From the NCBI RefSeq assembly GCF_009914755.1, contig NC_060942.1: a stretch of DNA of 64,000 nucleotides; one strand, given 5' to 3'. A program made the translations under genes and the position numbers. A model generated the notes under the pieces. It saw only the letters and a list, made by a program, of their open reading frames with translations, was not told where the DNA came from and made no database searches. The stretch comes from the human T2T-CHM13v2.0 reference genome, Homo sapiens. Positions 42,421 through 56,431 of this stretch are shown in pieces. The stretch's first letter is position 1, and the number at the start of each line of letters is the position of its first letter.

Positions 42421-43299
42421 GACATGCTTTGTTTGTGTAGCATAGCATTAGCCTGCCCAGTGGTTATAAATAATATTTTAGAATTAAAGTCAATATTTTA
42501 AGCTTTTATTTTAAAAATGGTAACAGCACATCCCCATCGGGCCACATAGGTGGAGCTGGATGGAAGCTGCTGGTGCTGTCTTTTTGCTGTAGTCCCTCCC
42601 ATTCTCTGTGGCCTCCATAAAACTCAGGCTGAGGGTCCGTTGCTATTTATCATGCTCTTGGGCTGATTTTCTTTTGCTACAGTCAAGATGGAAGTGAAAT
42701 AGTTCTTGTCCTCATATGTCTATCAAAATAGAAGAGAACATATGTCTGCAGCCCCCAAACTGTGTACCAAAGAACCCCAGGCTCCCACAGGAAAACCACA
42801 AGGACAGTTTAGGATTTTTATAATTATCAAGAAACACGCCATGATATTCAGTATTGTCAGACACCATGCAGACTAGCAGCTTGAGTGAGCTCAGCATTTT
42901 AACAGTAGATCATGCTACACTTGGTATCATCACATCTTTGGAAAGCTGGGTTTTCATTGGTCACTGTGTTAAAAAGCAAGTACCATGGGAAAATCATCAT
43001 CAAACAGGAAACAAAGGTAGAGGTGTCCATTCTGACTCTAGTTTAATTGTGCGATGCTCAATAGGTACACATATCCCATTAGTAAATATATTTAAGAATG
43101 AGATTTATATATTTTTTCTTTCAAATTATGTGTAATATTTTTTAAACAGCTATTAAGTTGTTAGGACATAAGTATTCCTCGTTTATTTGCACTCATATAC
43201 TTAATAAATCTAACTATGAAGCATTTATTTTTTCCTAGAAATGCTATAAAACTATTACTGAGAGATTTTGGGAACCTTTTGTATATTTCCAGTGGAACT

Positions 43300-43590
43300 A
43301 AAGACACTGCTGACTGCCCTCGTTCCTGCCTCACTGGTCTCAGCCCACATATCCACTGTGTCATTGCAGCTTATGATGCCTGTGTTAGATACATGTGTTA
43401 TAACCAGTCTGTCCCTATCCCAGCAACATGCCTATTACTTTTGCTATTCAATAAACAAAGAGGAGCATCTTCAGAGCTAATATTCCCTACATTCAGGATT
43501 TTATATCCTTAGAACGAACTCCTAGAAGAATTGCTGAGAGAAGTTATTCAAACATTTAAGGCTTTCAAAAATTATTTCTGAATTGATTCA
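43300..43590 (-). mobile_element. Ancient L1M fragment
   Basis: ttttgctatt...ttatatccttaga...tcctagaagaattgctgag...aaacatttaaggcttt. Confidence 0.5.
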
Positions 43591-43864
43591 GCTTCATCTG
43601 AGACTCCTAAAGACAGAGCAATCTGCCTGACACACAGTGATGCTGAATTCCGTGTGGAACTGAGTTGAATCGATGCAAACGAAATTGAATCTCTAGAGAC
43701 ACTGAGCTATGCTTTTACCTCTCTTTGTCTGAAGCTGCCTCTGTTTCTAACACAGACCCTATAATCAGTGATCAGCATTACTGGAGCAGGAGAGCCCTAG
43801 CTATGGAAAGGAAGCCTGTGGGCAATTCTTTCACAAAAAGTGTATCTTAGCCCTGAAAGGTTAA

Positions 43865-44090
43865 AGAGCTTAATAGTCAAAGGATTGGTTTCGAAGCCAG
43901 ACTGATTTCAAATCTATCACTCACTAGTTGTTAACCTTGGGCATTTTACTTAAACTTCTGTGCCTCAATTTCCTCATCTGTAAAATGGGTATACTAATAG
44001 GACCTACCTCATGAGGTTGTAATGCAGAAAAAAATATATATACACACATTGCACATTGCCAGGCAAATACTAAGTTCTCAATGGGAGCTA
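43865..44090. mobile_element. MIR element
   Basis: ccttgggcattttacttaaacttctgtgcctcaatttcctcatctgtaaaatgggtatactaataggacctacctcatgaggttgt. Confidence 0.85.
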
Positions 44091-44809
44091 TTCATTTTAT
44101 TTGTTCTCTTGGATGCTTTTAGATGTCCCTAAAGCAAGGTCCACCTTGATTTTCATTCCGTCCTATGGGCTGGCTACTCTTGCCACTGTTGGAAGGCATA
44201 GGAAACACATAATCAAACCATGCCCAGCCTTCTCAACCCAGGGACTAATCTATGGTCCCCGGACCCTCTTGAGCCAACCTGAGCAGAGAGCACTTTTTAA
44301 ACTCCTTTCTGATTAGGGCATGGGCTAATCAGACGGTCCAGAGCTCCTTCATGTCCCAGGTAGCAGTAGCTACCAGACCAACCAGTTCTTGTAGTTATGA
44401 AACCAAGAATTTTGCTATCTGAGCTAAACAAAAGGAAAAAAAAAGAAAAACTTTTATTGATTTTGGATTAAGAGGCATTATGATGTTTAGAAACCCATTA
44501 CTTTGAACACCAGAGAACCTCATTCCCACCTTTAACAAGTCCTCTCAGGGAAAATTTTTTCAGGGTCATTTAAAGCCTGACATTGTGCCCCTGAAATGCC
44601 CTGTGTCCAAGCCCTTTCCCTCCAATGCCCTTCCAGTCTGTCTTACCCTGCAGCAGTTCCTCCTCTGACTCTTAGAATATCTTCAGCCAAGAGAGCCGCA
44701 GAACAGGGAGCAGGCCACTCTGGAATAAACTAAGCCAGAGCATAGGAGTGCCCACAGCCCCACTGATGCATGAGCTTCACTGCCTATGTTGGAACTGACG
44801 GAACTCTTA

Positions 44810-45010
44810 GCTTGGGACCTGGGAACTGTATCTGAGTCCCGGCCAGCCCCTTGTGGGCCTTCTGATGACCGCCTTGTGATCTTGGGCTCATTTAGTCTCC
44901 TTGACCCTTGGTCTGCTCACCTTTAAAATGGGAATGATAATGTCTAGGAGATGATGAAATGAGATGATCTTCATGAAGGTGGCTGGTAAAATACTTACAT
45001 AACTGTAAGG
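44810..45010. mobile_element. MIR fragment
   Basis: tgtgatcttgggc...ctgctcacctttaaaatgggaatgataa...atgaaatgagatgat. Confidence 0.6.
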
Positions 45011-45670
45011 AATTGTAGTTAAGAAATGAAGTTGAAGCCCAGTATTGATCTGGCCCAGGAAGACGTTTTTATAGAAAGAGACTTTGGAGAACAGAAGGGC
45101 TGCACAGCAGACAGATAATGAGAAAGTCTATGAGGGCCCAAAGAGCAAAAGGGTTGGCCTGGGGTGATCAGAGGAGGGTAAGACTGAAAGGTGGGCAGCG
45201 TCGGCTAGGAGAATGGGTTCAAATAGGACTTTGTAGCCCAGGACTTGGAGTCTTTCCCAAGAAATCAATTACTCAAAACATTCCAAGGGCCCAGCCTGGT
45301 GCCAGCTTGATTTCTGATGTCGGGAAACTCAGGAATCTGGTTATGGGAGGCAGGAGTCAAAACAAGAGAATGACCCATGATAGCCGTGAAGTGAATGTAG
45401 GGACTGTTGTCCAGTGGAAGTTCTTCAAAAGGAAACAGGAAAGCAGGCCTGCCCTGTGATGTCATCCTGGGCTTAGGCTAAGAATGGAGTTTGGAGTGAG
45501 GGCCTGAGGCTACCAGAAAGACACTTTGTGGCATCAGCTTTTCCATTAGCACAGGAAGAAGACTTCCTTCAGTGAGGAAGAAGACCCTGAGAGGATGGAC
45601 CACAGGAAAAAAATGATTTTTGATTCGGGGAAAAGAGTAGTAGAGGAACTTGATTAAATAATCACAAATT

Positions 45671-45998
<328 letters not shown>

Positions 45999-48900
45999 TC
46001 ATCCCTCCCCAACTCACTGCCCTTGCTGTATACAAGCTGAAGTTTACACAGGTGATGTCACTTAACCTGTAGCTGGAAGGCAGATCTCCAGCCTTTGGTG
46101 ATCTTTTGACCCCTTGATGGTAATCTAGATGCAGCCAAGTGTAGGACTGTGGGGACAGGACTGGATGGCATGTTGGAGCATCTGCAGCAGGTATTGTAAA
46201 GATCCTGTGCACCTAGATGAAGGTAAAAGGGACCCCAGAGAGTAGACCAAGAGAGGCATTTAGGATTAGTCTCACAATATTGCCGAAGGCTAGCGCCTCC
46301 TCCATCCTCCTTCCTATGCTGCCAGTTCCCCTTTCTTCACAGTCAGATATGGATATGCGATGCTGCTCGAATAGAAGTAAAATGGACAAAGGACTGGCAA
46401 TGTGACCACAAGGGGCCTCACCATTCCCTAGAGAGGAGTAGTTCATGAAGTAGGAATTTGGCTTTTGGTCCATCAATGCTCTGCCTTCGGTGGATTCCTG
46501 GAGGCAGTAAACTGGGGTGCCCCAAAAGAAGGACTACGATGTGCTGGGCTCACAATTTATGCAAACAACTGATATTCAGATGTGCTACCAGCATGGCAGG
46601 GCCAGAGCCAGCCAAGCTGTAGAAAGCATTTGGGAGGAAGGATGGAGCAGCTGCCTTCTCAAATCCTGAGCCCCACCTCAGTGCAGCCCCAGCTCTGCCT
46701 TCCCCAGACAGGAGACAGCTTGTTCAAGCGCACTTGTGAACGTGAAAAGGGAGAGGGAGGGAAGCAGGGGGGAAGAAATCCGTTCTACCTCACCGCTTTC
46801 CACCTCTGCCCCAGTGGAGTGCAGGTAATTTATTATACCTAAAGAGCAAATGCCGCCTTATGTGGAGGCAAAAATGCTAGTCGGATGCTACGGCAAGTTG
46901 CCTTGGGAGACCAAGGGACCTAGTGAAGTTTTGCAGCCTGGCAAGGGAGTCTGCAAGAGGAAGGAGTGACTGGCTCCTTCCATCAGAGTAATAAGCTCTT
47001 GTGTTTGTGCTGAGTTTCTTGTGTTTTGAGGTTTTCTTACATGTATGGTTATACTATGAGCCTCATAACCATCCAGTACAGTAGATGGCTCTAGTGTTAT
47101 TTTCCCTATTTTTTAGGTGACAAGACTGAGGCCTAAAGGAGTTTTAAAAATTGACCAAAGTCATGAAGGTAATAGAAGGATATATCTCCCAATTCCTAGT
47201 TTCCAAATGTTTTTCCATGTCTTATTTTTTTTTTTTTTTAAAGAGCATGTAACTGGACTAAGGGCAATGAGGAACTTAAGAGGTGTCAACTACATCAAGC
47301 TGCATAGAGAGATGGAAATGAACAATATAAGATAAATCAAAGGAAGTCCTTCTTCATGTAGAAGAGGAATAACTCACAGACCTCATTACCAAAGAAAAGT
47401 TTTCATTAATAAATGTACCCATTACAATTTGAACAATGACTGAGGAAGCTTGGGGTGGGAGTCTCTTGCCAAGCAAGTTGGGGCTCCCTTCCTCACCCTC
47501 CTGCTTTCCAGGCTGACCTCTCAGCATCTCCCATGTCTCTTTTGCCCTAGCCACACAGAACCATGGCTGCTCCCTGAACCCCCCAGTTCTTCCCACTTCC
47601 ATGCCCTTGTGCATCCTCTTCCTGAACCCTCAAGTTCAAATATCAAAATTTGGAAATCCCATATTGAGTTAATTGCTCCCTCATCTGAAATCACTTTGAA
47701 GTGCTCACAGTCTGTCTCCTCCACTAGACTGTGAGCTCTCTGAAGGTAGGGAGTGTGGCGTATTCATCCCTGAACCCCAGAACCTGCCTGTGTGCCTGAC
47801 ACTTATCAGGATCCTAACAGATAAATGAATGGCTCAATCACCATTACCACCTTCATTTTATCAGAGTCATTTATTGAGCCCCTCATGGCTCTCGACAGAG
47901 AGTGTGCACTATACTGAATTCTGGCAATTTCATTGACATTATAAGAATCCAAGTGTGGTGAAAATCTGAGCTGTTTAAGGCTGGATCTGAGGAGTCTTGG
48001 AGGAAAATAAGGGATTAGAGGACATTCCAGGACACTATAGAAGGTTTCCTTCTGGGACAGGTCCTGTGATGACTGCAAGATCAACATAGTCCCAGTTGTC
48101 ACAGAGCTGAGAGATACAGTGCCAACACAGGTGAGGCATATAGAAGAAAATTAAGGACTAAGAGCTACGGAACTGACTTATTCCTGCTGTAGTGACTTCA
48201 GAGAAGAGAGGGCTAGAATAATCAGGAAGGCTTCATGGAGGAGGTGACATGAGCTGGGCTGTGAATTTCATTTAGATACAGAAAGATAGATGTCCCTAGA
48301 GTAAGGAAAAACATGGGCCTAGAACCAATAATTAATCAATATGGCTTAGAACAAGCAATGAGTAGCCCTAAGTTCATTCTGTACTCTAAGACAAGTTCTG
48401 CTACAGGCAGGAAAGACATGAAGAAATACCTTCCTTTGCACCAAGACACTATTTTTTTTAATATGGGGAATTTTAAAAAAAAGAACTCCAGATGGATTTT
48501 AAACACAGTGGGGAACTGGGCGGTGTGATGGCAGATGGCTATTTCAGCTGCACAAGGGTAAAAATAATTCCAACTCCCCAATACCCAGGACTGCTCTGAA
48601 CTTGTGAAAACCTTTTAAGGAAAAGCTGCAGTGTGATGCTCAAAGCGCAGAGCTGCAGCAGACTGGGGGCCAAGGGCTTGGAACTCACCAATAAGAAAAC
48701 AGCTACCGCTGTTGGGACAACAGAACTCAACCCATTTGGGGAGGCTCCCTTCTGACCAGGTTCTGTCTGGGCCGGCCCTCGATGTCAGTCCAGGCTCTCT
48801 GGCATGTCTTCCTCTATGTTGGGAGAAAGGGGAAGTGAGATGTGTCAACATGAGGGCTATCAAGTAGGGAGGCTGTAAGATGAAGGCATGGGGAGCAGGA

Positions 48901-49714
48901 AATGTACAGAAGGGAAGAGTAGTGAGTGCATGCTGTGGGAGGGAAGGTTGGCCCAGAGGAGGGCAGGGCAGTGACTGTGAAAGGTAGCACTTCTGCATGT
49001 CTAGTGGCTACAAATGTTGATACACTGGCTTCACAGTGGAAAGCTGGTCTCATCCACGTTTACTGTCGTCTGCACCACATCCCAGAGTTGGAAGGGGAGA
49101 CTTATGTGGAAATTCCCTTTGTCCATCTGAATGCCACCTTCTGGAACACTGATCCTCAGCTGATATTGCCATAAGTACTATTGCATAGTATTCATAAGAG
49201 TTTAAAGTTAATTTGCATCTCACATTCCTTTTCATAATAGAATCACTTAGATTTTGAGATTTTCTTAACAAACCCTTCTATTTTGTAGCTTTAGAAATAA
49301 GACCCAGAGAAGTGAAATAACTAACTTTTTAGTAGCAGATCCGTGACCCATACAGGGCTCTTGTCCATATATGTCCTTAATTATTAGCCCACCCTTCCTT
49401 GGCGTTGAAAGATACAAGGGACACAGGAGAATGAAATGGGCCCAAGAAAACTCTCCATGCAGCTTGCATTAGGGCAGAAAGGACAACAAGGGACATGCTC
49501 CATGTGATAGATGAGGTGCCATGAGTTTGAGTGACTGAGCCTCAGTCCTCTGACTCCCATGGCCCGCATAGCAGCAAGGAGAAGGGGAATGCAGCTGGGC
49601 CCTGCCAGCCCCAGGCTCCTTCTCTCCCCCACCCCCTGCATTTTCTTTGTGTGAGTTTCCCTTCTCCTTTCTTGCTCTCCCACCCCCCAACCCCCGTGTC
49701 CTCAAGCTGGGACA

Positions 49715-50300
49715 CTCATTCATTTCACAAATACCGACTTAGCCCACACTACAATGCAGCCATAGACACCTTGGACAAAGTACCTGTTCTCACAGAGCTG
49801 ATGTTCTGGTGGGAAAATACAAACAAAAACAAATAACCATGAAGTTATGTGGTGCTGGGTGTGTGTGGAAAAACAAAATGGATGAGGGAGGAAGAGTGTC
49901 ATGGCAGGCAGTGGTTAGACAAAGAGGAGCAGAGACCTGGAAAGGGGGAAGGAGACCAGCTATCTGAAGACATAGAACAGGTGTGTGATGGGCAGAGGGT
50001 AGCAGCCAGTGCAAAAGACGTGAGATGGGCACTTGCCCAGCATGTTTGAGGAACAGCAGGGATCTGCAGAGCTGGGGGAAAGAAAGCAAAGGGGAGGACA
50101 ACAGATCAGCCCAGAGCATGAGGCCATGGCAAAGATTTGGCTTTAGCTCAGGGTGAGATAGCAGCCATGGGAGGGTTCAATTTAGGAGGACCTAATATTT
50201 TAAAAGGATCATCCTGGCTGCAGTGTTGGCTAGGGATAGAAGAAAGGAGAATGTGCTCAGGCTAAGGTAGCAATGAGGTGAGAGATGATGGTGACCTGGG
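49715..50300 (-). mobile_element. L2 3' region
   Basis: ctcattcatttcacaaata...ctcacagagctgatgttctggtggg...gccagtgcaaa...catgtttgaggaacagcagg...gcagccatgggaggg...ttttaaaaggatcatcctggctgc. Confidence 0.8.
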
Positions 50301-52552
50301 CCATCAGATCTACCCAGGTGACAGGGTAGATCAGGGGCTCCCAAATTTCCCAGCTCAAAAAACCCTGTTTGTCATTTAATAACCTTACAAACACTTCCCA
50401 GCCTAATAACAGTTACCATTTTGGCATTTGTGGATTGGGCAAACACTTGATGTCCACATTTCTAAACAAATCCACAATGTTCATAGCCCAACAGGGCTTC
50501 CATACATTTGAAAAAGAATTGTACATACAAATAGTTGATTTTCAGGCCCCCTATGTCACTGTGGCCCCAAAGTAGGCCACTGAAGCTTTGCTTCCCTCAC
50601 TTTTCCCATTCCCTTGACCAGCCTAAGCCCTGATTCCTCCAACCTCTCTGCTAGAAGGGGCTTAATCAGCTTAAGTGGGCAATAGTGTTGATGGGTGAGG
50701 ATGACAACTGAGCAGGGATTCCTAACTTAGCATTGATCCATAGTTGAGATTTGAAGAGTCAAGAACAGCTGGAGATTGTAAGCAAAATGCCTGTGAGTGG
50801 GGTGAGGGTGTGCTGTATGAGGTCAACTTTCATTAGATTCTCGAGGGCCCTTTACTAAGAAAAAAAGGGGAGAGGGGCAAGAACCACAAGTTTAATGAGT
50901 TATTCCTCCCAAATATTATGTATGTTTTAGCAAGGACCTTCAACGCTTAACCCCAAATAGTGAGTGCCAGATGTGGGAAGGACAGACATTTCAAAACCAT
51001 AAGGCTTCAGTTGGCCCTAAGCAGAAAGGGACCCACACAATCTATAGCTAGAACATAACATTTCTGACTCCAGAAGACAGCTTTCTTTCCCTCCTAAAGT
51101 CAGTCTTGGACCCTGCCTATAACACGCTCAATAAGAATTTGTGGAATGAAAAAAACGCCATACAAGGGTTCCCATCTGAGAAACAACAGAAAGGCAATGG
51201 TGTATGCTGTGCTGCAAGATCATTCCAAATGAACTCATGTATTCGGAGCAAAACTAAATAAATAAAAAAGCCAAAGGCTGTATGCTACTCTTGAATAATC
51301 ATGCCTGATTTGAAGGTCAAGAGCATTACAATGCCCCACTTCACAGAGGTGCATGAAGGCCGAAGCTTGCGGTATGGTAGAAGAATTTGCAGGGTATAAT
51401 TATGCACCCCTTCAACATCCCCACTGGCTTCCACGTGATATGAGACAATGTGTCACAGTCCCATACAGTCAAAGCAGTAATTTACAAGAGTCAGCAATTC
51501 CATGGGGCAGGTAGGCCATATTTCAAAACTGGAAAGGGAGTTGGGGGGAAGAAGGGGGAAAGCAACCGATCAATTTACAAAGATCCTGTTTCTCTGCCAC
51601 TCTGTTGACCTTTCAGGCAAGACCTAATGCCAATTAGCTCAGTTATAAAGTCCATAATTCTTCTGGGGAAGGCCATGGGTAGCACATGATCATTTTACAA
51701 CGTTTGCCCTAATTTGCAGCCCCCAAACATGGACTCCTGGGGCTGCAAGGTGGGGGTGGAGGGAATTTGTTGGCAAGCAACGGGAGCAGCTGGAAGGGAT
51801 CACAGAGCACAATTACTGTCTGCGCATGGCCACATCTGGAAAACAGCTCCGTGCTGGCTTTAAAACAGCATTAATAAAGAATGGAACCTTGTGCTGGGAA
51901 GGATGGGGGTGTGGGGGGGAATAAGGAGGGCCGCCCTTCTGCCCAACATGGTGGGGATAAAACGACAACAAAGGAAACAGCAGGCAGGGTATAAGACCAG
52001 TTCCAAGGAGAAGAGGGTGTTGACAAGAGAGGAGCAGCAGATATGCTGCTACTTTAGGGAAAGATCTCTAAACCCCCTCATTTCTTGCCATCTTCAAACC
52101 TGGGCATCCATGCAGGGCTGATCCTTTTTATATTAGTTATGCAGACATTTGTCTGTAATGTGGGATTTTAGTAAGACTATTCCCCATCAGTACCAAAATT
52201 CTACCACTCAGTCCTTTAGTCAGAGAGTTCCTTCCCTTGAGATGGATTTGAAACTGCAAATGTACCTGTTGCCTTTAGGATACCAGGGATGTAGTAGTTG
52301 CTCAATAAATATTTGTTGACTAGAACCAAATTGAATGAGCTGAATAAGTTATTTTGTGGCTGTGACCAAGTTAATTCCTATCTCTGGTTTCTCAGCTATA
52401 AGGGTTCCAGGAGACCAGTGATTCTCAGTTGTGAGGGCAGAGGTACAAGGTAGCATACCCTCATAAGGAGTATATCACAATTCCAAGGGGAGGGGAGAAG
52501 GGAGCATTCATGGTTTTAATAAGAACATTCAATGGTATAATATAGTTTTATA

Positions 52553-52722
52553 CACATGGTCCCTGACTTAACAATGGTTTGACTTATGATTTTTCAACTT
52601 TCTGATGGTATAAAAGTGATACACACTCAGTACACTCTTTGACTTAAGATGGGATACATCTAGATAAACCCATGGTACATTGAAAATATCATAAGTCAAA
52701 AATATAAGTTGGGGAGCAGCTG
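52553..52722. mobile_element. Tigger5/MER47-type TcMar MITE (170 bp)
   Basis: TIRs cacatggtccctgactta / taagttggggagcagctg, flanked by TA at 52551-52552 and 52723-52724. Internal gataaacccatggtacattgaaaatatcataagtcaaaaat. Confidence 0.8.
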
Positions 52723-53190
52723 TATTTGAAAACCAAAGAGTCTACCTGTGACTTCCTTAATACAATCTACAGAAAAAAAGCTCAACAGACTCTTCATGGC
52801 TGATGAGGATTCATACATAAACCAATCTTAGAATTCAAAGTGGACACTTCCCATCCCACCAGAAATCAGGGCATCTCTGGATCTCCAAGGCAAAGATAGG
52901 AATTTTTTTTATTATGAATCAAAAAATGCTTAGACACTCTGAGTGGATGTATTTGAGGCCTCCAGCTTGAGTTTTCTCCATTTGGCTGCTTAATGTTCCC
53001 TCATGGAGACAGATCAGCTACTTGGGTCGCCAAGGGCTGGGTAACATTAAAGAAACAGCAAGGAAAAATTACAAAGAAAACAGGGATTCTGGGGGTGTAA
53101 ACAGACTTCACTCACCTTGCCCTTGTGCCAGACTGCCTGCCCAATTCCACATCGTTGGCATTGCATTGGAGTGTGCAGGGTCCAGCTCAT

Positions 53191-53539
53191 TGTCTTAGTT
53201 CATCTGGGCTGCTATAACAAATTACCATAGACTGGGTGGCTTATAAACAACAGACATTTATTTCTCACAATTCTGAAAGCTGGAAGTCCAAAATCGGGGT
53301 GCCAGCATGGTCAGGTTCTAGTGAGGGCCCTCTTCTGGGTTGCAGACTGCCATTTTCTCCTCGTTACATGCTCATGTGGTGAAAGGGGCAAAGACACTTC
53401 CAAAGTCCCTCTCATAAGGACAGTCATTGCATTCATGAGTGCTTTCCTTCGTTACTGAATCACCTCCTAGTACCATCACCTTGAAAGTTGGGATTTCAAC
53501 ATATAAATTTTGGGGAAACACAACATGCAGACCACAGAA
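53191..53539 (-). mobile_element. MLT1A/MST-type MaLR solo LTR
   Basis: tgtcttagttcatctgggctgctataacaaattaccatagactgggtggcttataaacaacaga...gtgagggccctcttctgggttgcagactgcc...gatttcaacatataaattttgggg. Confidence 0.9.
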
Positions 53540-53744
53540 ACCACCTTATCATATATTTTAGTGTTTTACCCTGCAGGTCTATGGTGTGGCCTCCTGAAAA
53601 CCCCAGATGCCACACCACAGACCTGAAGACATGGAAGGAATCTTATCAAACCCTACCCATAAGGCAAAAATTCTCTTATCAGCATCCCTGACAAGTCTTC
53701 CTTTATGCCTTGTGTAGATACCTCCAGTAGCGCATAGAAACTAA

Positions 53745-53915
53745 GACCTTCAAGGAGGTCTGGGTTCTCGGCCTACTTCAGACACTTACCAGCTAATTGA
53801 GCATGAGCAATTTATTTAATCTCTCTATGTCTTGACTTCCCTTTCTGTAAAATGAAGATAATAGTAGTTAAATCATGGGATTCGTGTGAAGATTAAATGA
53901 GACAATATATATTGT
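53745..53915. mobile_element. MIR element
   Basis: ctgggttctcggcc...cacttaccagct...ttctgtaaaatgaagataatagta...gtgaagattaaatgagacaat. Confidence 0.8.
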
Positions 53916-56035
53916 GATTTCCCTGCTGCTTAAAATTCTGTATTTATATTTACACAATACAATTTATATTTATCTACCTATGACATTGTATGCAATCTGT
54001 ATATAGCTAAATCCACAGATGTGTTGACTGTGCCTGCCAAAAATGATGTAGGCAGTCGATTCCAATATGGAGCTCCCATAGGGGTACATGGTTTTGACTT
54101 TCCCACTCCTGAGACACACCACTCTTACACTGTTATTGCCAAAAACTTTATGCATATAAGAAATCTTTAGAATACACCCACCAAAAGAAGGCATTCCCAC
54201 ATGTCCCAAATAAACCCAAAGTAACAGATCTGCAAATCTGAGTCCAACCAGGTTTATGCTACAGTGAAATATAGCATCACTCCCCGCATAGGGTAAGTGT
54301 TCAAGAAAGAGTAGCCAATGCTAGCACAGCCAGCACCTTTGCTTGTTGTACAGTTCTCAGGTATTTGGAAGCCAATATCCTTTGCATTCTTAGTTTTGCT
54401 GCCATGGAAGCACTGGCCACAGTGTTGACCCTCGACCAGTCACAGTTCAATAGACATTTGACTGCTGCAGCTTTGTAACCTGCTTCATTCTCACCCCATC
54501 ATCTCATGCCATGCTACCTGTTTCCCATTCTCTAACTGTTTCTGCAATAGGTTCCCTCTAGTCCCTGCCATGCTGAGCTTGATGTCCTCAGTCGCCAATG
54601 CGTCTCTTTGAAAGCAGTGCCTAACATGCTCAAGCCAGGCTGCCAGGCTCCATTAATGTGTGTAAGTTGCATTTATTTTCCTGGCATCCTGTCACACTGT
54701 AGGCTCAGGTTCTGTGGCTATGTGCTCTTGAACTTCCTAAGGAAAAGGTGTTTGGAAATAGCCTCGAGCAGCTGGGTCTGACTCACATTCTCCTCTCACC
54801 TCCCAAAAATGTCCCCAAATGCTGCCTCTTTCAGGGTCCCTATTCTCAGCTTCTCTGGAGTTGGATGACGGCCATGAGAAGTTTTTCCCTTCCTAAGACA
54901 ATGTCAGAGGCCCCATATATTGGGCCTGGAGTTTGTGAGTTAGGCATCCCCTCCTAGTGTGGTCTTCTTCCCTTATTTTGCCTGTTCTGCCTGGCAAGTG
55001 CTTTCTCATTGTCCTTGCAAGGAGCCTAGCCATAGTTTCTTGCCCATTTAATTAATCCTTCCTAGAGACCATTCACACCCTAAAGCAGGTTAGGCACTTA
55101 GGAGAGACCCTTCCTAGACTGGCATCAGTATAGACCCATGAGGGTGTCCTCCCTTTAACTCCTGATGAATTCACCCCATACCTGAGGATTGGGGCATTTC
55201 CATAAGTGACACACCCAGGATGTCCACTCAAAGACACTCAGAAACCACTTCAGGTATAAATACCTGGCATTATTGAGGGCCTGCCAAGCTGTCTGCCAGG
55301 TAGCCTCTCAGATCATTCCAATTCCTGGTCCTTCATCTACCTTTCTTCTCCACCTCCTATAGTCCCTCCTTTCCAGCTACTCTCTCAAGTCACTTTCTCC
55401 TAACACCCTTGGCTCTTGATTTGGTACCTTTCTCTCTCCTTTGTCCTTCCAAATCCCATCTGTCCTCTAAAGCTCAGTTCAAATGCTGTCTCCTTATTGT
55501 AGACCCCTAAGGACACCCACTTGAAGCCAGTTCAGTCTTTCTGGAAAGCATCACTTATGTCACTAGTACGACCCTGCCTTATACAGTATTAATCTGTGAG
55601 TCTGGCTCATCACACTCACCCCAGCTAAACAGTAAGCACTGGAGCAGTAGACACTGTACAGAGAAGATGGAAATGAGAGAGGAATGGCACTGGTAAGGAG
55701 GGCCATGTGGGAGCTCATACTGGACTGTGAGTTTGTGTCCCAGGAGTGGAAGGGAAGTGGTCAGAAACTGAGTGTAGAGCAGAGAAGAAGCCACAAAAGC
55801 AGCATCACCACAGGTGTTGTGTTTTCTGTAGGAAATAATCATGAGTTTTAGCCTCACTGGGGTGGATTAGAAACTATGGAAGTGTGAGCCAAAGTCAGGT
55901 TGGGTCACCTGTTAGTGCTTGCACCTTGGAGAGCATGAGTTTGAATTCGCCACAAGTGTCCATTTGACCATAGATACCAAGGGACAAAGGATTATTTGGT
56001 CACCAGGGTTCTATCTTTCCAAGAGATAGAGATAG

Positions 56036-56431
<396 letters not shown>

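Noticed and set aside
47722-47742. cactagactgtgagctctctg resembles miR-28-3p/miR-708-3p
   Set aside because: Ordinary L2 3'-end sequence; no partner arm.
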